Assembly: GCF_006345805.1 (NCBI RefSeq)
Contig: NC_043004.1
Location: 86,614,001-86,678,000, forward strand
DNA length: 64,000 nt
Direction: 5' to 3'
From: Octopus sinensis
Taxonomy: Eukaryota
The notes below the pieces were generated by a model, which did not search any database, was not told the DNA's origin, and saw only the letters and a program-made list of their open reading frames with translations. Position numbers and translations under genes: made by a program. Every line of letters begins with the position of its first letter. The stretch's first letter is position 1. Positions 33,407 through 45,403 of this stretch are shown piece by piece.

Positions 33407-33920
33407 CGATGGGCTTCTTTCAGTTTCCGTCTACCAAATCTACTCACAAGGCTTGGGTTGGCCTGAGGCTATATTAGAAGACACTTGCCCAAGGTGCCAC
33501 GTAGTGGGACTGAACCTAGAACCATGTGGTTGGTAAGCAAGCTACTTACCACACAGCCACTCCTGCACATATATAATGATGATGAATATGAATGATTAAA
33601 CATACCATTTGATAGAATGAGCTGAATGCTAAAGAGTTAAAGCTGGTATTTTGGTCAGTTTTGTATCATGGAATCAAAGGTAGACTTAGGTGAGCTTGGT
33701 ATCTTTTATGTTTTACTTATTTTAGTCATTTGACTGTGACCATGCTGGGGCACCACCTTGAAGGGTTTTTAGTTGAATGAATCAATCCAGGATTTATTTT
33801 TAAAGCCTAGTACTTATTCTATTGGTCTCTTTTACTGAACTGCTATATTACAGAGATGTAAACATACTAGCACCAGTTGTCAAGCAGTGGTAGGAGACAA
33901 ATACAAAGAGACACATAAAT

Positions 33921-33977
<57 letters not shown>

Positions 33978-34608
33978 ACAGGCTTCTTTCACTTTCTGTG
34001 TTTCTGTCTATCAAATCCACTCATAAAGCATTGGTCAGCCTGAGGCTATTTTTGAAGACACTTGCCCAAAGTACCATACAGTGGAACTGAACCTGGAACC
34101 ATGTGGCTGGGAAGCAAGCTTCTTACCACACGGCCATGCCTATCAAAGAGTCAAAGAGGATAAAGTAATAATTTTTAAAAAAATAGATCTTAACAAAGAG
34201 TGGACTTAATAGTGTTATCTGATGACAACCTTTTCTTTATTTCACTTATCAATCATTAGACTGTGGCCATGCTGGGGCACCATCTTGAAGGGTTTTAGTC
34301 AAACAAATCACCCCCAGTACTTCTGCATTTTTTTTTTTTTTTGCTTTTTTAAAATTCCGGTACTTACTCTATCTGCCTCTTTTGCTGAACCACTAAGTTA
34401 TGGGGAAGGAAACATGCTGGTTGTCAAATGGGGAGTGGGAGGGCAGTTACAAGCAGACAGGAACACACACCCACTTACATATATATGAAATTCACTCACA
34501 AGCCGTTGGTTAACCCAGAGCCATAGTAGATGCCCCAGGTGTCACACTGTGGGGCTGAACTTGAAACCATGTATAAAAAGGAAGTCTGTTAACCATACAA
34601 CCATACCT
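33183..34608 (-). mobile_element. Three tandem SINE-A copies (33183-33566, 33708-34140, 34236-34608) in the last intron of gene 2
   Basis: Repeated head/tail motifs. Confidence 0.75.
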
Positions 34609-34692
34609 AAACATGTATATTTTCAGAATGGGATGGAACCCACAATCCTGACCTTTGTCCTGTACAAAATACAATTATAAAAAAGAGCAAAC

Positions 34693-35223
34693 CTTGCTAA
34701 TCCGGAAAGGGTTTTCGGTTACTTTTTCCACACACTTCTTATATTTTTGCTTTGCCCATCCTTGATTTTCAGAAGTTTCACACCTTGTTTGTATTGCTAC
34801 AGGTTGCGAATGAACGGAGGTTTCCACAGGTACAATATAAGGATTTGCAGAGTTAACCCTTTCTGATTTGGAAGGTGGTGGTGTTGAAGGTGGAGATTTA
34901 AAAGTACTCAGATTGGGTTTCTGTATAGCAGAGTTGCCAAAATTCTTCTTATCTTTATTGTTTAGCTGCTTTTCATTATTCGGTCTATAAGAATGGTTAG
35001 AAGTTGATTCCACCTCAGGCAGTTGAGGGTTCTGAAAATGGAAGTCTGATGATGAAGGTGGTGGCGGTGGTTCAAAATTGTGTGTGTATGTTGAGTTTGT
35101 GACGGATTTTTTTGATTTACTGTGCTTACTTCGTTTTTTTGATCTTTCAGAAGTAATAACACTGTCCGTCTCTTTCCTAACGCTTGTAACATCCCAGTTA
35201 TCCACTTTGTCAATGTAAGACAT
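34693..35223 (-). CDS. Orphan tail-anchored protein, coding exon 1 (MSYIDKVD...PFRISK, 177 aa, Ser/Pro/Lys-rich)
   Basis: 189-codon ORF 34675..35244, first ATG at 35223, AAG|gtttgc donor at phase 0. Confidence 0.72.
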
Positions 35224-36320
35224 TTCTGTTTTTACCTCTTCCAAGTGTTTTTTTTTAATTTTATTTTTCCTCTTTCTTTCTCACTCTTCTCTCTTGTAAT
35301 TTTTTTTTTAAACTTTAATAAAAACAATATTGCCCAGTTAATGCATCCAGTATCCAATGAGAAATACAAGCTTGGCAACAATTATTATTATTATTATTGT
35401 TGTTGTAGGTGTTGTTACTGTTTTTGTCTCAGTAGTTCTATTTTTATTGTGTGCTTTCACTGTTCTACCAGTTGCAGTTCTGTGTGCCTTGAGAATGTCT
35501 GTGGTTTGTTTTGGTGGTGTTGTTGTTGTTATTGTTACTATTAGTTAAGTCCTCTCATCTGTCACCCTTGTTGCAATAACAGAATAAAATAATGTTGTTG
35601 TTGATGCAACAGTAGCTGTAATATCACAGGGCTCATACATCTAAATGTGGTGGCCTCACCACATGTATACAAACACAAATGTTTAATGTTTTTGAGTTTA
35701 ATGTTGATTAAGTTGTTCCTATTTTGTTTATTGTTGTTATTGCTGCTGCTACTGCTGCTGTTTTCCTTGAGTGTAATTGTGTATAAGTGTGTGTGTGTGT
35801 GCATGCTTACCTATCTTGTTTACTATTGCTTTCCATTATTACAAGGAATACTACAATGTAATTTGGTGGTGGTGGTGTTGATGGCAATGGTGGTGGAGGT
35901 GACGGTGGTGAGTCGTGTTGACAGGGTGTTGGTGATGGAGGGTGAAAGTTGTGTTGCTGTTGGTGGTGGTAATTTGTGGTTATGGTAATGGTGATAGTAG
36001 TGTGGTAGTTTGTTGTCTTTGTAGTTGTGGTGGTGGTGGTAATAGTGTGATAGTTTGTTGTTGTTTTGGTGGTGGTGGTGGTGGTGGTGGTGGTGGGTTA
36101 ATGCATTATCAGTGTTGTGGCAGTGGATAATTATTCCTTTGGGCATTTTGAATTACAAGAAATGGCAGAGTAGAAGGAAATATAAACAGAGACTCTTAAA
36201 AGAAGAATGGGACAGTTTCAATGCTACAGTTAAGTATGGAAGACTAGAATAGCAACAACAGTGAAAAGTCAGCTACAGCTGTTGCAGACCAACAATATAA
36301 ACAAAACAGAAAAAAAAACC
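35224..36320 (-). other. Putative 5'UTR part of the large exon of gene 2, with (CAA)n/(CAC)n/(AAT)n tracts
   Basis: No pyrimidine-tract acceptor near the ATG; nearest good acceptor ttttgttttgtatctag at 36321-36322. Confidence 0.4.
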
Positions 36321-36479
36321 CTAGATACAAAACAAAATAAAATAAAGAACCACAAACAACCTTTCCCCTTGATGTCGCTTTCAGTGTTTAATTTTCAGTC
36401 TTGTGTTTTTATGTTGTGTACTATTCTTGTACTTTTGTCTATCCCTCTCTCAGCCAAGAAGTCCTTGTCTTGTGAGTTC

Positions 36480-36675
36480 ACAAATGCTGGTATCACATAA
36501 AAAGCACCCAGCACACTCTGTAAAGTGGTTGGCATTAGGAAGGGCATCCAGCCATAGAAACCATGCCAAAACAGACAACAGGAGCTTGGTGCAGCTCTCT
36601 GGTTGACTAGCTCTTGCCAAACTGTCCCAACCATGCCAGCATGGAAAACGGATGTTAAATGATGATGATGATGGT
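36480..36675 (+). mobile_element. SINE-B 3' part
   Basis: Family tail plus (GAT)n. Confidence 0.7.
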
Positions 36676-36677
36676 GG

Positions 36678-36910
36678 TCACAAGAAAGGATTGTAAGACA
36701 GATTGTTCAATCCGAGCCAAATGGCAGGAGGCTGGGAGCAGAGCAAGGGTGAGATGGTTGGATAATATTCATAGCCTTCGTTGGTCATGTCTAGGAATCC
36801 AGCAAGAAAGAATAAGAATAGCTGCTTCTGATAGGACCCTATGAAAGAATTGCCTGAGGACTCTACTACCATGACCCTCTCAGGAATAGTGGACAGAGAT
36901 GAATGGATGG
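36678..36910 (+). mobile_element. RTE/BovB-type LINE 3' end (different subfamily)
   Basis: AGSRARVRWLDNI...AASDRTL motif, 3' gatgaatggatgg. Confidence 0.55.
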
Positions 36911-37463
36911 ATCACTTTAAAACACAAAGTTTGCATCATAAAGACTGAGAGAGTCTTAGGTGAGTTGGTATCAAAAGGGTTAACTGCCAGCAGAGACTAT
37001 TTTTAAACCCACAATTCCTAAGGACCGACATAAACTGAGCAGACTGATTTTCATTTTATTCAATTACTAGTAATTTACCAATCAATTTCTTAAACAAATA
37101 TCTAGCTAGCTAGATAGGTATTTATTTAATAAACCTCTCTCTCTCTCTCTAACCAGGTATGGTGAGGAATTAACTATGAATTTTGTTTATGGTTTTATAA
37201 AATTTTCCAATTATTGTGTTTATGTTAAATCTTTAAAATATATATATATATGTGTGCATGTGTGTGTATATATACTCTTTACTCTTTTGTTTCAGTCATT
37301 TGACTGTTGCCATGCTGGAGCACCGCCTTTAGTCAAGCAAATCAACCCCAGGACTTATTCTATCAGTCTCTTTTGCTGAACCACTAAGTTATGGGGATAT
37401 AAACACACCAGCACTGGTTGTCAAGCGATGTGTGTGTGGAGGGGACAAACAGACACACAAACA

Positions 37464-38129
37464 TCTATATATATAAAACTCAACTTGTGTGTCTGTGCTT
37501 AACTTCCCGGCACATCTAGCCAACAAATCGTAGAACCACCAAAAATGGGTCACTTAAAGTTTAGGTGAATGAAAATTGAACTGCGCTATTTCTGTTCCAA
37601 AATTCATCTCGCAAGTGCAAAAATCGATAATGTGTTTGTTTAGGCCTTATCCCATGCATTGAATAGTGAACTTTACTCAGTCAGCTGTTTGATGTGAACT
37701 GTGTTCACCACGCGTGTAAGCATGCATAAATTGCATGAAAAATAAAAAATCAAGATATAAAAACGAATCGCCGTAAACATTGTAGAAATTCAGCAAAGAA
37801 ATTAATTTTCGGGATGTAGCCTGGAGGGTTTTTTCGTATTAATCATTTGGACTTTGTGAACACATACCAATTGTTTTCATAACATTTTTAACACTTTGAA
37901 TGTGACCATTTCGCGTTGAGTCTGTAGTTTGAATCACTTTAACCAAATTTTAGCAGGCCGGATTTTTGATCATCACAATACATCGCCAGTGACTTCCTGA
38001 AACTCTCCCCTGAAATCCCCGTTGAGAAATCTCTATATATATATATAAAACTCAACTTGTGTGTCTGTGTGTTTAACTTTTGGATCTACAAAGTTTCATT
38101 ATTAAGGATGGAAAGTAGTGTGTAGCAAA
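37464..38129 (+). mobile_element. Two further Helitron 5' modules lacking their own 3' CTAG
   Basis: TCTATATATATAAAACTCAACTTGTGTGTCTGTG at 37464 and ~38032. Confidence 0.6.
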
Positions 38130-38516
38130 TCTATATATATAAAGCTGAAGTTGTCTGTGTGTGGCAGGCTTGGTAGCCTTCAACTAACACTATCTTTGAG
38201 ACCCTGCAGCGCAAGTTGACCAAAATTGAGAGAACGATAGAAGAAGGCTTGCTCTTCATTCTGTAGAAGATAAAATTCAAATCAGACCATGTTAACACCA
38301 AAAATTATTTACATCAAAAAGGTGCTTTTTTTTCTATGAAAATCCCTATTTTTTACGATTTTTGACTGCTGTGTCACCATTTTTTGGTGTATTTCAACTG
38401 GAAAAATGTTCACTTGAAGAGAATAACAAGTTGCATAATGCAAAATTTTTACTTTTCAAAAATTTCAATTCTAAAGGGTCAAAACAAACCCAAGCAACAC
38501 CAGGTGATACTGCTAG
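38130..38516 (+). mobile_element. Non-autonomous Helitron, complete termini
   Basis: 5' TC(TATATATATAAA); 3' CpG-decayed hairpin cccaagcaacaccagg then CTAG; inserted between A and T. Confidence 0.75.
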
Positions 38517-38522
38517 TGTGTG

Positions 38523-38553
<31 letters not shown>

Positions 38554-38821
38554 ATACATATATACACACACATACATATATACACACACATACATACATA
38601 CACACACATACATACATATATATGACAAGCTTCTTTCAGTTTCCGTTTACCAAATCCACTCACAAGGCTTTGGTTGGCCCGAGGCTATAGTAGAAGACAC
38701 TTGCCCAAGGTGCCACGCAGTGGGACTGAACCCGGAACCATGTGGTTCTTAAGCTACTTACCACACACCCACACCTACGCCTATATATATAATCTTCATA
38801 TGTCAAAACCAATGGGAGAGT

Positions 38822-38861
<40 letters not shown>

Positions 38862-39905
38862 GGTAGTACAGAAATGGGTTAAAGAAACACATCCCCATGA
38901 TTTATTTCATTGTTGTTTTGATGTTGTACTTCAACCCCAGGCCGCCTATGATCAAAGGCATTCCAGTTATGACCAACCAATTATTTTTCTATGAGCTGGT
39001 AATCCAGGACTATATTATCCAACAAGTTTTTTTTTAAACGTAAGAGTGTGATTTGAGGGAGATTTGGCTGCTATTTTCAGCAGACTCTTTTATTAGTTTA
39101 AGCTCCTTGATGGTTGTCTTTGTGTTGGAGGTGGTGGCAGCATTGATATTGGTGGTGGTGGTATTAGTAGTGTTCAGTGTAGTGGGGATAGTAATAGTGG
39201 TGGTGGTGGTGGTGGTGGTTGCGATGGTGGTGGCAGTGCTGCACTGTACATAAACTTGTGCCAAGTTTTGCTGTGGTGACCCAAAATCTCGGTGCAAAAC
39301 AAGACAAATTTCTTGTCCCTTCTATTGTGTTGGAAGCAAAACATACTATCTTAATTACTGTCTGGACATTTTCAAGTTGTTCAATAATAACAGACAGCTA
39401 TGCCACCATGATGTGTGTGTGTGTATATATATATATGTGTGTGTGTGTGTGAGTAAAGAATAATTTGTATACATACATATACAAATACTATATTTCCACA
39501 CATATACATATTCATGCACAAATATCAATGTGTGTGTGTGTGTGTGCATATATAGAGAGAGGGGGAAGGGAGACAGAGGGACACACACACATCACCATCA
39601 TCATCATTATTATTTCAATGTCAACTTTTTCATGTTTAAATGGCTCAGTTGAAATATATTGAAGCAGACTTCTATGGCCGGATACCCTTCCTGTCCCCAG
39701 CCTTCATTTCCAAGCAAGATAATATCTCTATGGGAAATATTTCCCATGGCCAGACGTAGATATTCTGTCTACATTTTATGTATGCCTATAAATAGTTATT
39801 GACACAGGGGGTCAACATATGCCTATCTCTATACCCATACATATACAAAATTATCTAAATCTATGTATTTCTGTGAGTGGCTTTTATCCTTCAGACTTTA
39901 TACTA

Positions 39906-40170
39906 TCATCATCATCGTTTAACGTCCGTTCTCCATGCTAGCATGGGTTGGGCAGTTCGACCGGGGATCTGGGAAGCCAGAAGGCTGCACCAGGCTCCGG
40001 TCTTATCTGGCAAAGTTTCTACAGCTGGATGCCCTTCCTAACGCCAACCACTCCGTGAGTGTAGTGGGTGCTTTTTACGTGCCACCTGCACTGGTGCCAG
40101 GCGAGGCTGGCATCGGCCACGGTTGGATTGGTGCATTTTATGGAAGCCAGTCAGCACTGGCTTCGGCTTA
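39906..40170 (-). mobile_element. SINE-B, young (CpGs intact)
   Basis: Close to the family consensus. Confidence 0.78.
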
Positions 40171-40374
40171 TTACAATTTTTTTTTTGTTTTCTGAAATAC
40201 AAATGCTTTCTCAATTAAAATTGCACTTTATTTTTGGAGCTCTAACAAAGATATACATTGATACACAAACACTCAACTATGAGCGCATTGCATTTTATAG
40301 CAGAAACATCAGTAAGCTAATTACAATTTCTTGTTTACTTATTGTTTATATAATTTCTTCTATATATATAGTGG

Positions 40375-40535
40375 AAGGATTAAAATTAATCAAAGGACAT
40401 ACTAAGTATGTCTACCTGTTGGAAATAACAGTCAAAACTCTTGTTTAAAAAGTTTTTTTACTTAAATAAGAGTTTTAACTGTTATTTCCAGCAGGTAGAC
40501 ATACTTAGTATGTCCTTTGATTCATTTTAATCCTT
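40375..40535. repeat. Near-perfect hairpin: 73-bp arms, 13-nt loop, 17-bp palindrome inside each arm
   Basis: 40376-40448 vs 40462-40534, 4 mismatches. Confidence 0.9.
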
Positions 40536-41651
40536 TTTAGGGCCTGCAATCACCTATATTATTGATTCTGTTACTTTTAAATTGTTACACTAGATAATAA
40601 CAGAGTCAATGATATCTTTGCAAATTATATTTTCGCGAATTATTTTTCTCATAAATTATTTGCTCCATATATAAGCAGTTAAATATATGTCCGGTCATAG
40701 AGTAACCAATGGTTTTGCATCCATAAAGCACTAGGCCTTATAGATGACTTGTCAGACTCAATGGTGGATGCATATTCCTCTTCAATAAGTTTGAAGAGCA
40801 AAACCATTGTTGTATGTGTATGTGTGCATGTTTGTATCTGTTTTGTCTTGACATTGTGTGATAATTGTAAGCAATCATCACTGTCATACAAGCTCTATCA
40901 TTCATTTCTTTCCGGAAAATATACCTAGTATGGGGAAATACCACCTTGCTTGTAAACAGGTGACAATTAGTGATGAGAAGAGCTTCTGGCCATAGAAAAC
41001 TACCTCAACAAATTCCATCTGAGCCATGCAAGTGGACATAAAAACGATGATGATGATGGAAACACCAGCAGACCACGCTTGCTTTACTGCTTTCTCGCTT
41101 AAGCATTCAATGCCTGTATTTTGCTATCATGCAATGCAGCACTTCATACATAAGCATCGCTAAATCAATCCATTGTTCACAGAGAGAGAAAGTCTTCATT
41201 TGCTGCCAGCAGAAGTAATAGATTCCTGAACTTTTTTCTGTCCTTGTGCTTACTCTGGCAACCATACTTTTGAAATACTCACCACTACTGTTCATTGGTA
41301 AAAGAAACTAACAACTACTTCTAATATATAAATTTGTGTTGTGTCTATTTGTCTCATAGGAAGTTAACTGAAAAGGTCTATAATGTGCAGCTGTTGAGAT
41401 GAAAGAGAAGGAAGAGATAAGGAAAGAAACAAGTATGATAAGAGAAAGATAAAGAAAGTGTGTGCTTAATTAGAAGAGGAAGTTAGAGAGTTACAGAGAG
41501 TATGCATGAGGGGAAAAAAGAGTGGGAAGTTAATAGATTACATTTAACACACAAACACGTTGACATTCACATTGATATCAATAGATTAGCTACAACACAA
41601 ACTCTTATATACACACACACAGACGTGTGTGTGTGAATATATATATATATT

Positions 41652-41808
41652 GACTACACTCATGGAGTGGTTGGCGTTAGGAAGGGCATCCAGCTGTAGA
41701 AACACTGCAAGATCAGAATGGAGCTTGGTGCAGCCTCCTGGTTTCCCAGATCCCGTTTGAACCGTCCAACCCATGCTAGCACGGAAAACTGACGTTAAAC
41801 GATGATGA
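41652..41808 (+). mobile_element. SINE-B 3' part
   Basis: Family tail. Confidence 0.72.
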
Positions 41809-41902
41809 TACACACACACATGTATATTAGATAAGTTGTTAATGCTGAAACAATGCAAAATGAAACACAAAACTCAAAACAGAACAACAGTAGAAGCTTT
41901 AC

Positions 41903-42230
41903 CTGTATTTCTTTGATACTTTGGGTAAGGACCTCTTCATCAGGACACGTGGAGAAATTAATGATGGAATAAAGCTATTAACATTACTCAGATATGTGGG
42001 ATAGGGTAGTGACATGCACATACTGCAGCTGTTATAGTAGTCAGTCTGCTTCTAGTACTTCTTATTTGTTGTCTAATACTGGTTTCAGCTTCTTGATTAG
42101 GATAACCTCCTTGATTTGAAGGTTGACTTTCTTGCATTCTGTGGCTCTAATGGATACAGTAAGCTCCTGAATCTGGCACTTCAAGTATTTAAGGACTGAA
42201 GTGTTATACATTATACACAATGATAAAGTC
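41903..42230 (-). other. Putative 5'UTR exon of gene 2, derived from a Penelope-like GIY-YIG 3' end
   Basis: ttgttattcttag acceptor and CAG|gtaaag donor; peptide QIKEVILIKKLKPVLD; CTGATGAAG downstream. Confidence 0.4.
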
Positions 42231-42467
42231 CTAAGAATAACAATTAAGACCAAGGGAGCTTTATCTATAGCTGATTTATTTTGTTTTATCTTAAATGCTA
42301 GAAACTTTTCTCTTCTTTATTACTCTTCTGTCAAAAATTTTGAGAAAAATGTGTTATTTTCAGTTTTGCAAAAAAATTTTTTGTTTTAATTTTCCTTAAC
42401 ACTTCATCCACCCAAATTATTAAACCCTTTGGATAATTTTAGAAATAACAGAAGAATATATATTTTT

Positions 42468-43712
42468 TTTACTTGTTTCAGTCACTGAACTGCAGCCATG
42501 CTGGGGCATCGCCTTAAAAAGTTTTTAGTCAAACAAAACACCTACAGTATTTATTTAAAGTCTAGTACCTATTCTATTGGTCTCTTTGCCAGATTGTAAA
42601 GTAATGGGGATGTAAATAGACACCAGTTGTGTAGTGGTGGTGAGACACGGTCTCAAAGAGTCACACAAACACAAGGTGAGCTTCTGCATAGTTTCTTCCA
42701 ACCAAATTCACTCACAAGGCATTGGTTGTCCTGGGGCTATAGTAGAAGGCACTTGGCCAAGGTGCTATGTAATGAGACTGACCCTGAAACCACATGGATA
42801 CAAAATAATCTTAACCACACAGCCATACCTGTGCCTATAACCCCAAAACAAAAGTTATTGTTACGTACACTGTTTACCTAAGTCCAACTGGTATCCTGGT
42901 CCTGGTTGTCAAGTTGTGGTGGCAGGGACTACGTTTTGGCTGTTGTATACTCCAACCTTCTTCAAGTGTTTTGATTCACCAAGTGACTACACTGCATTAA
43001 CCAATGCTTTTATCCACTATGCTATACCCACAGGCAGTGACAGAATTATAGAATTGCATTATCCAATCGGTATGGAGCCAACATAAGACATCAATGGAGG
43101 TTTATAAGGCTTTAAAATTCACAGTCACTGCTTACAAGGCATACCATAATGGACGAATTGGTTAATGCAGTGCAGCCATATCAATTCCTCACCTCAGAAA
43201 TACATAAAAACATCATTCCTCTTACATATTCCTCATACAGTTTAACTTTTGCTCAGAGAAAACCCCATTCAAAGTTATAATAGCATTTTCCCTTCAGACA
43301 TTCAAAATATAAGTGAAGGCAAGGCTGTGTGGTTAACAAGCTCACCCCATCGCCATATGCTTATGGGTTCAATCTCACTGTGCAGCAACTTGGGCGCCTT
43401 CTACTATAGCTCTGGGTAAACCAATGCCTTGTGAGTGAATATGATGGAAATTGTGTGGAGTCCAGTCATATATACATATATTTATGTATGTGTGTTTGTG
43501 CATGCGTGTATGTGTGCATCTTTGTGTTTGTCCCTGCCACCACAACTTGACAACCGGTATTGGTTTGTTTACATCACCGTAAGTTAGTAGTTTGGCAAAA
43601 GACTATGAATCAGACTTATGAAAATATGAACTGGGGTCAATTTGATCAACCAAAACCCTTCAATGCAATGCTCCAGCATGGCCTAAGTCTGATGAAGGAA
43701 GCAAGTAGAAGG
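42468..43712. mobile_element. Two SINE-A copies in opposite orientation (42468-42832 -, 43320-43712 +)
   Basis: Family motifs, more diverged. Confidence 0.65.
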
Positions 43713-44333
43713 TGAAAGATAAATACCCTATGCAAGGGTGTCAAAAGCATTCAAACAAACAGAAGTAGACCAAACAAGGGTAACATACCTCATTTATGAA
43801 AAAAATTGCAATAAGGGAGCTTCTACAAGGTTGCTGAATTTGCTAGAAATAACAGTCAAATTTCTCGCAAATAAATGCTGTTTCAAAAACAGAAATGACA
43901 TGTTAGATAATATAGTCCTAGATGTATTACGTCTCAATGAAAGATGATGGGGATGATCAAAGATGGGAGGTTTCTGATCATGGATCTGCCTGCTCTACCA
44001 GAAATGCTCTGGAACTAAACACCATCATTATTCTAATTACATCCTAAATTAGAGATCATCAACAAGTGAATTTTCAATAATTTAAAAAAAGAAATATTGA
44101 TTAAAAATTAAAATAAATTTTAAAAATATGCTCCAAAATAGCCACACATCTGATTTAGTATTTTACTATTTTTACACATTTGGTAAAATCTTGAAATAAT
44201 CTTATCCATATCTAACTACATACACACATTTTCATATATGGAGTGGTTACTGCTACCACATATAGCCACAACAGACAGAAAGGATACAGCTGAAGTTGAA
44301 AATTCAAGTTTATAGAACACAGAAACAATATAT

Positions 44334-44445
44334 ATCACCTGATGAAACATCTCATAATGCAGTGAAACAATTACATAACCAAATACCTGCAAACCTAGAG
44401 AACTACATTGCGTGGAAACAATTGTAGTGATTACAAATAAATGTT
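44334..44445 (+). ncRNA. Decayed minimal type I hammerhead (tandem pair relic) followed by AATAAA
   Basis: ATCAC-CTGATGA ... GAAAC-AATT-GTA-GTGAT: 5-bp stem I, palindromic ACAATTGT stem III; stem II eroded. Confidence 0.55.
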
Positions 44446-45190
44446 CTTCTGTACTCCTTGTAGACTCCAACTTATACAATTATCCATTCACACACAACAC
44501 AAATCTGGCAGTAGGTATAATACTACTGTTGGATAGCACTGGATGAAATCTGAAGGTGGACGAGCTTTATATTGTACTCCACTATGTTCTTAACAGAATA
44601 TAACCTGTGTGTGTGTGTGAGCCAATTTAAAATGGCATGACAAATAACCAGAATTTAGAACTCCATGTATATTTTCATTCCTGTTATCATACTTGCATTA
44701 TTTGGCATGAAACCAGAGTTTGAGTAGGTCAGAGAGTACATGTAGGAAATAAAACAAAAAAACAAGAGATTGCTTATAAGCCATTTAGTTACATCATCTT
44801 ACGTACATTTCTTTAACAAAATAATTAGTTTCACAATGTAAATTACTATCAAAATGTATAGACAAATCTTCAGAGATGTGTAACCTTTATATGCTACATT
44901 GCTGAATTGTCAAATTGTTGATAGAAATAACTACCATATGCATAGCATCCATTTGTTCCCATCCCTGAGGGTTAATGCAGTCAACAATTCAACAATCTAG
45001 TAATGTTACACATCTCTGAAGACTTTATAATGTAAATTATTTAATCAAAAATGTATTATGTAACCATTTTTTGTTACTGAAATGTAAAGTGATGTAACTA
45101 ATCACTGATATTTTGTTCTTATATATATTAAAATAAAGTACATCTATTATTTTATGTCATCAAACATATTACTTGCAATATAAATATATA

Positions 45191-45268
45191 TACGAACTTG
45201 CGATACACTTCAACTTCTAAACATAAACATATTCTAATCTAAAGTTTGTTTATACCTAAACACTACTG

Positions 45269-45307
<39 letters not shown>

Positions 45308-45403
45308 ACTTGTGACATATTTCAACTTCTAAACACAAACATATTCTAACTTAAAGTTTCTTATGCCTAAACACTGCTGTAATTTATTTTATATATATAT
45401 ATA
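45191..45403 (+). repeat. Tandem duplication of a ~110-bp unit ending in (TA)n
   Basis: gaacttg.ga.a.a.ttcaacttctaaaca.aaacatattctaa seen twice. Confidence 0.75.

Larger units (their letters stand above)
37268..38772 (-). mobile_element. SINE-A split by the Helitron cluster (37268-37463 and 38517-38772)
   Basis: 3' half and 5' half flank the insertion at the internal microsatellite. Confidence 0.75.

Noticed and set aside
35245-39662. Numerous Val-, His-, Thr- and Tyr/Ile-rich ORFs
   Set aside because: Translations of (TGG)n, (TTG)n, (CA)n and (TA)n microsatellites
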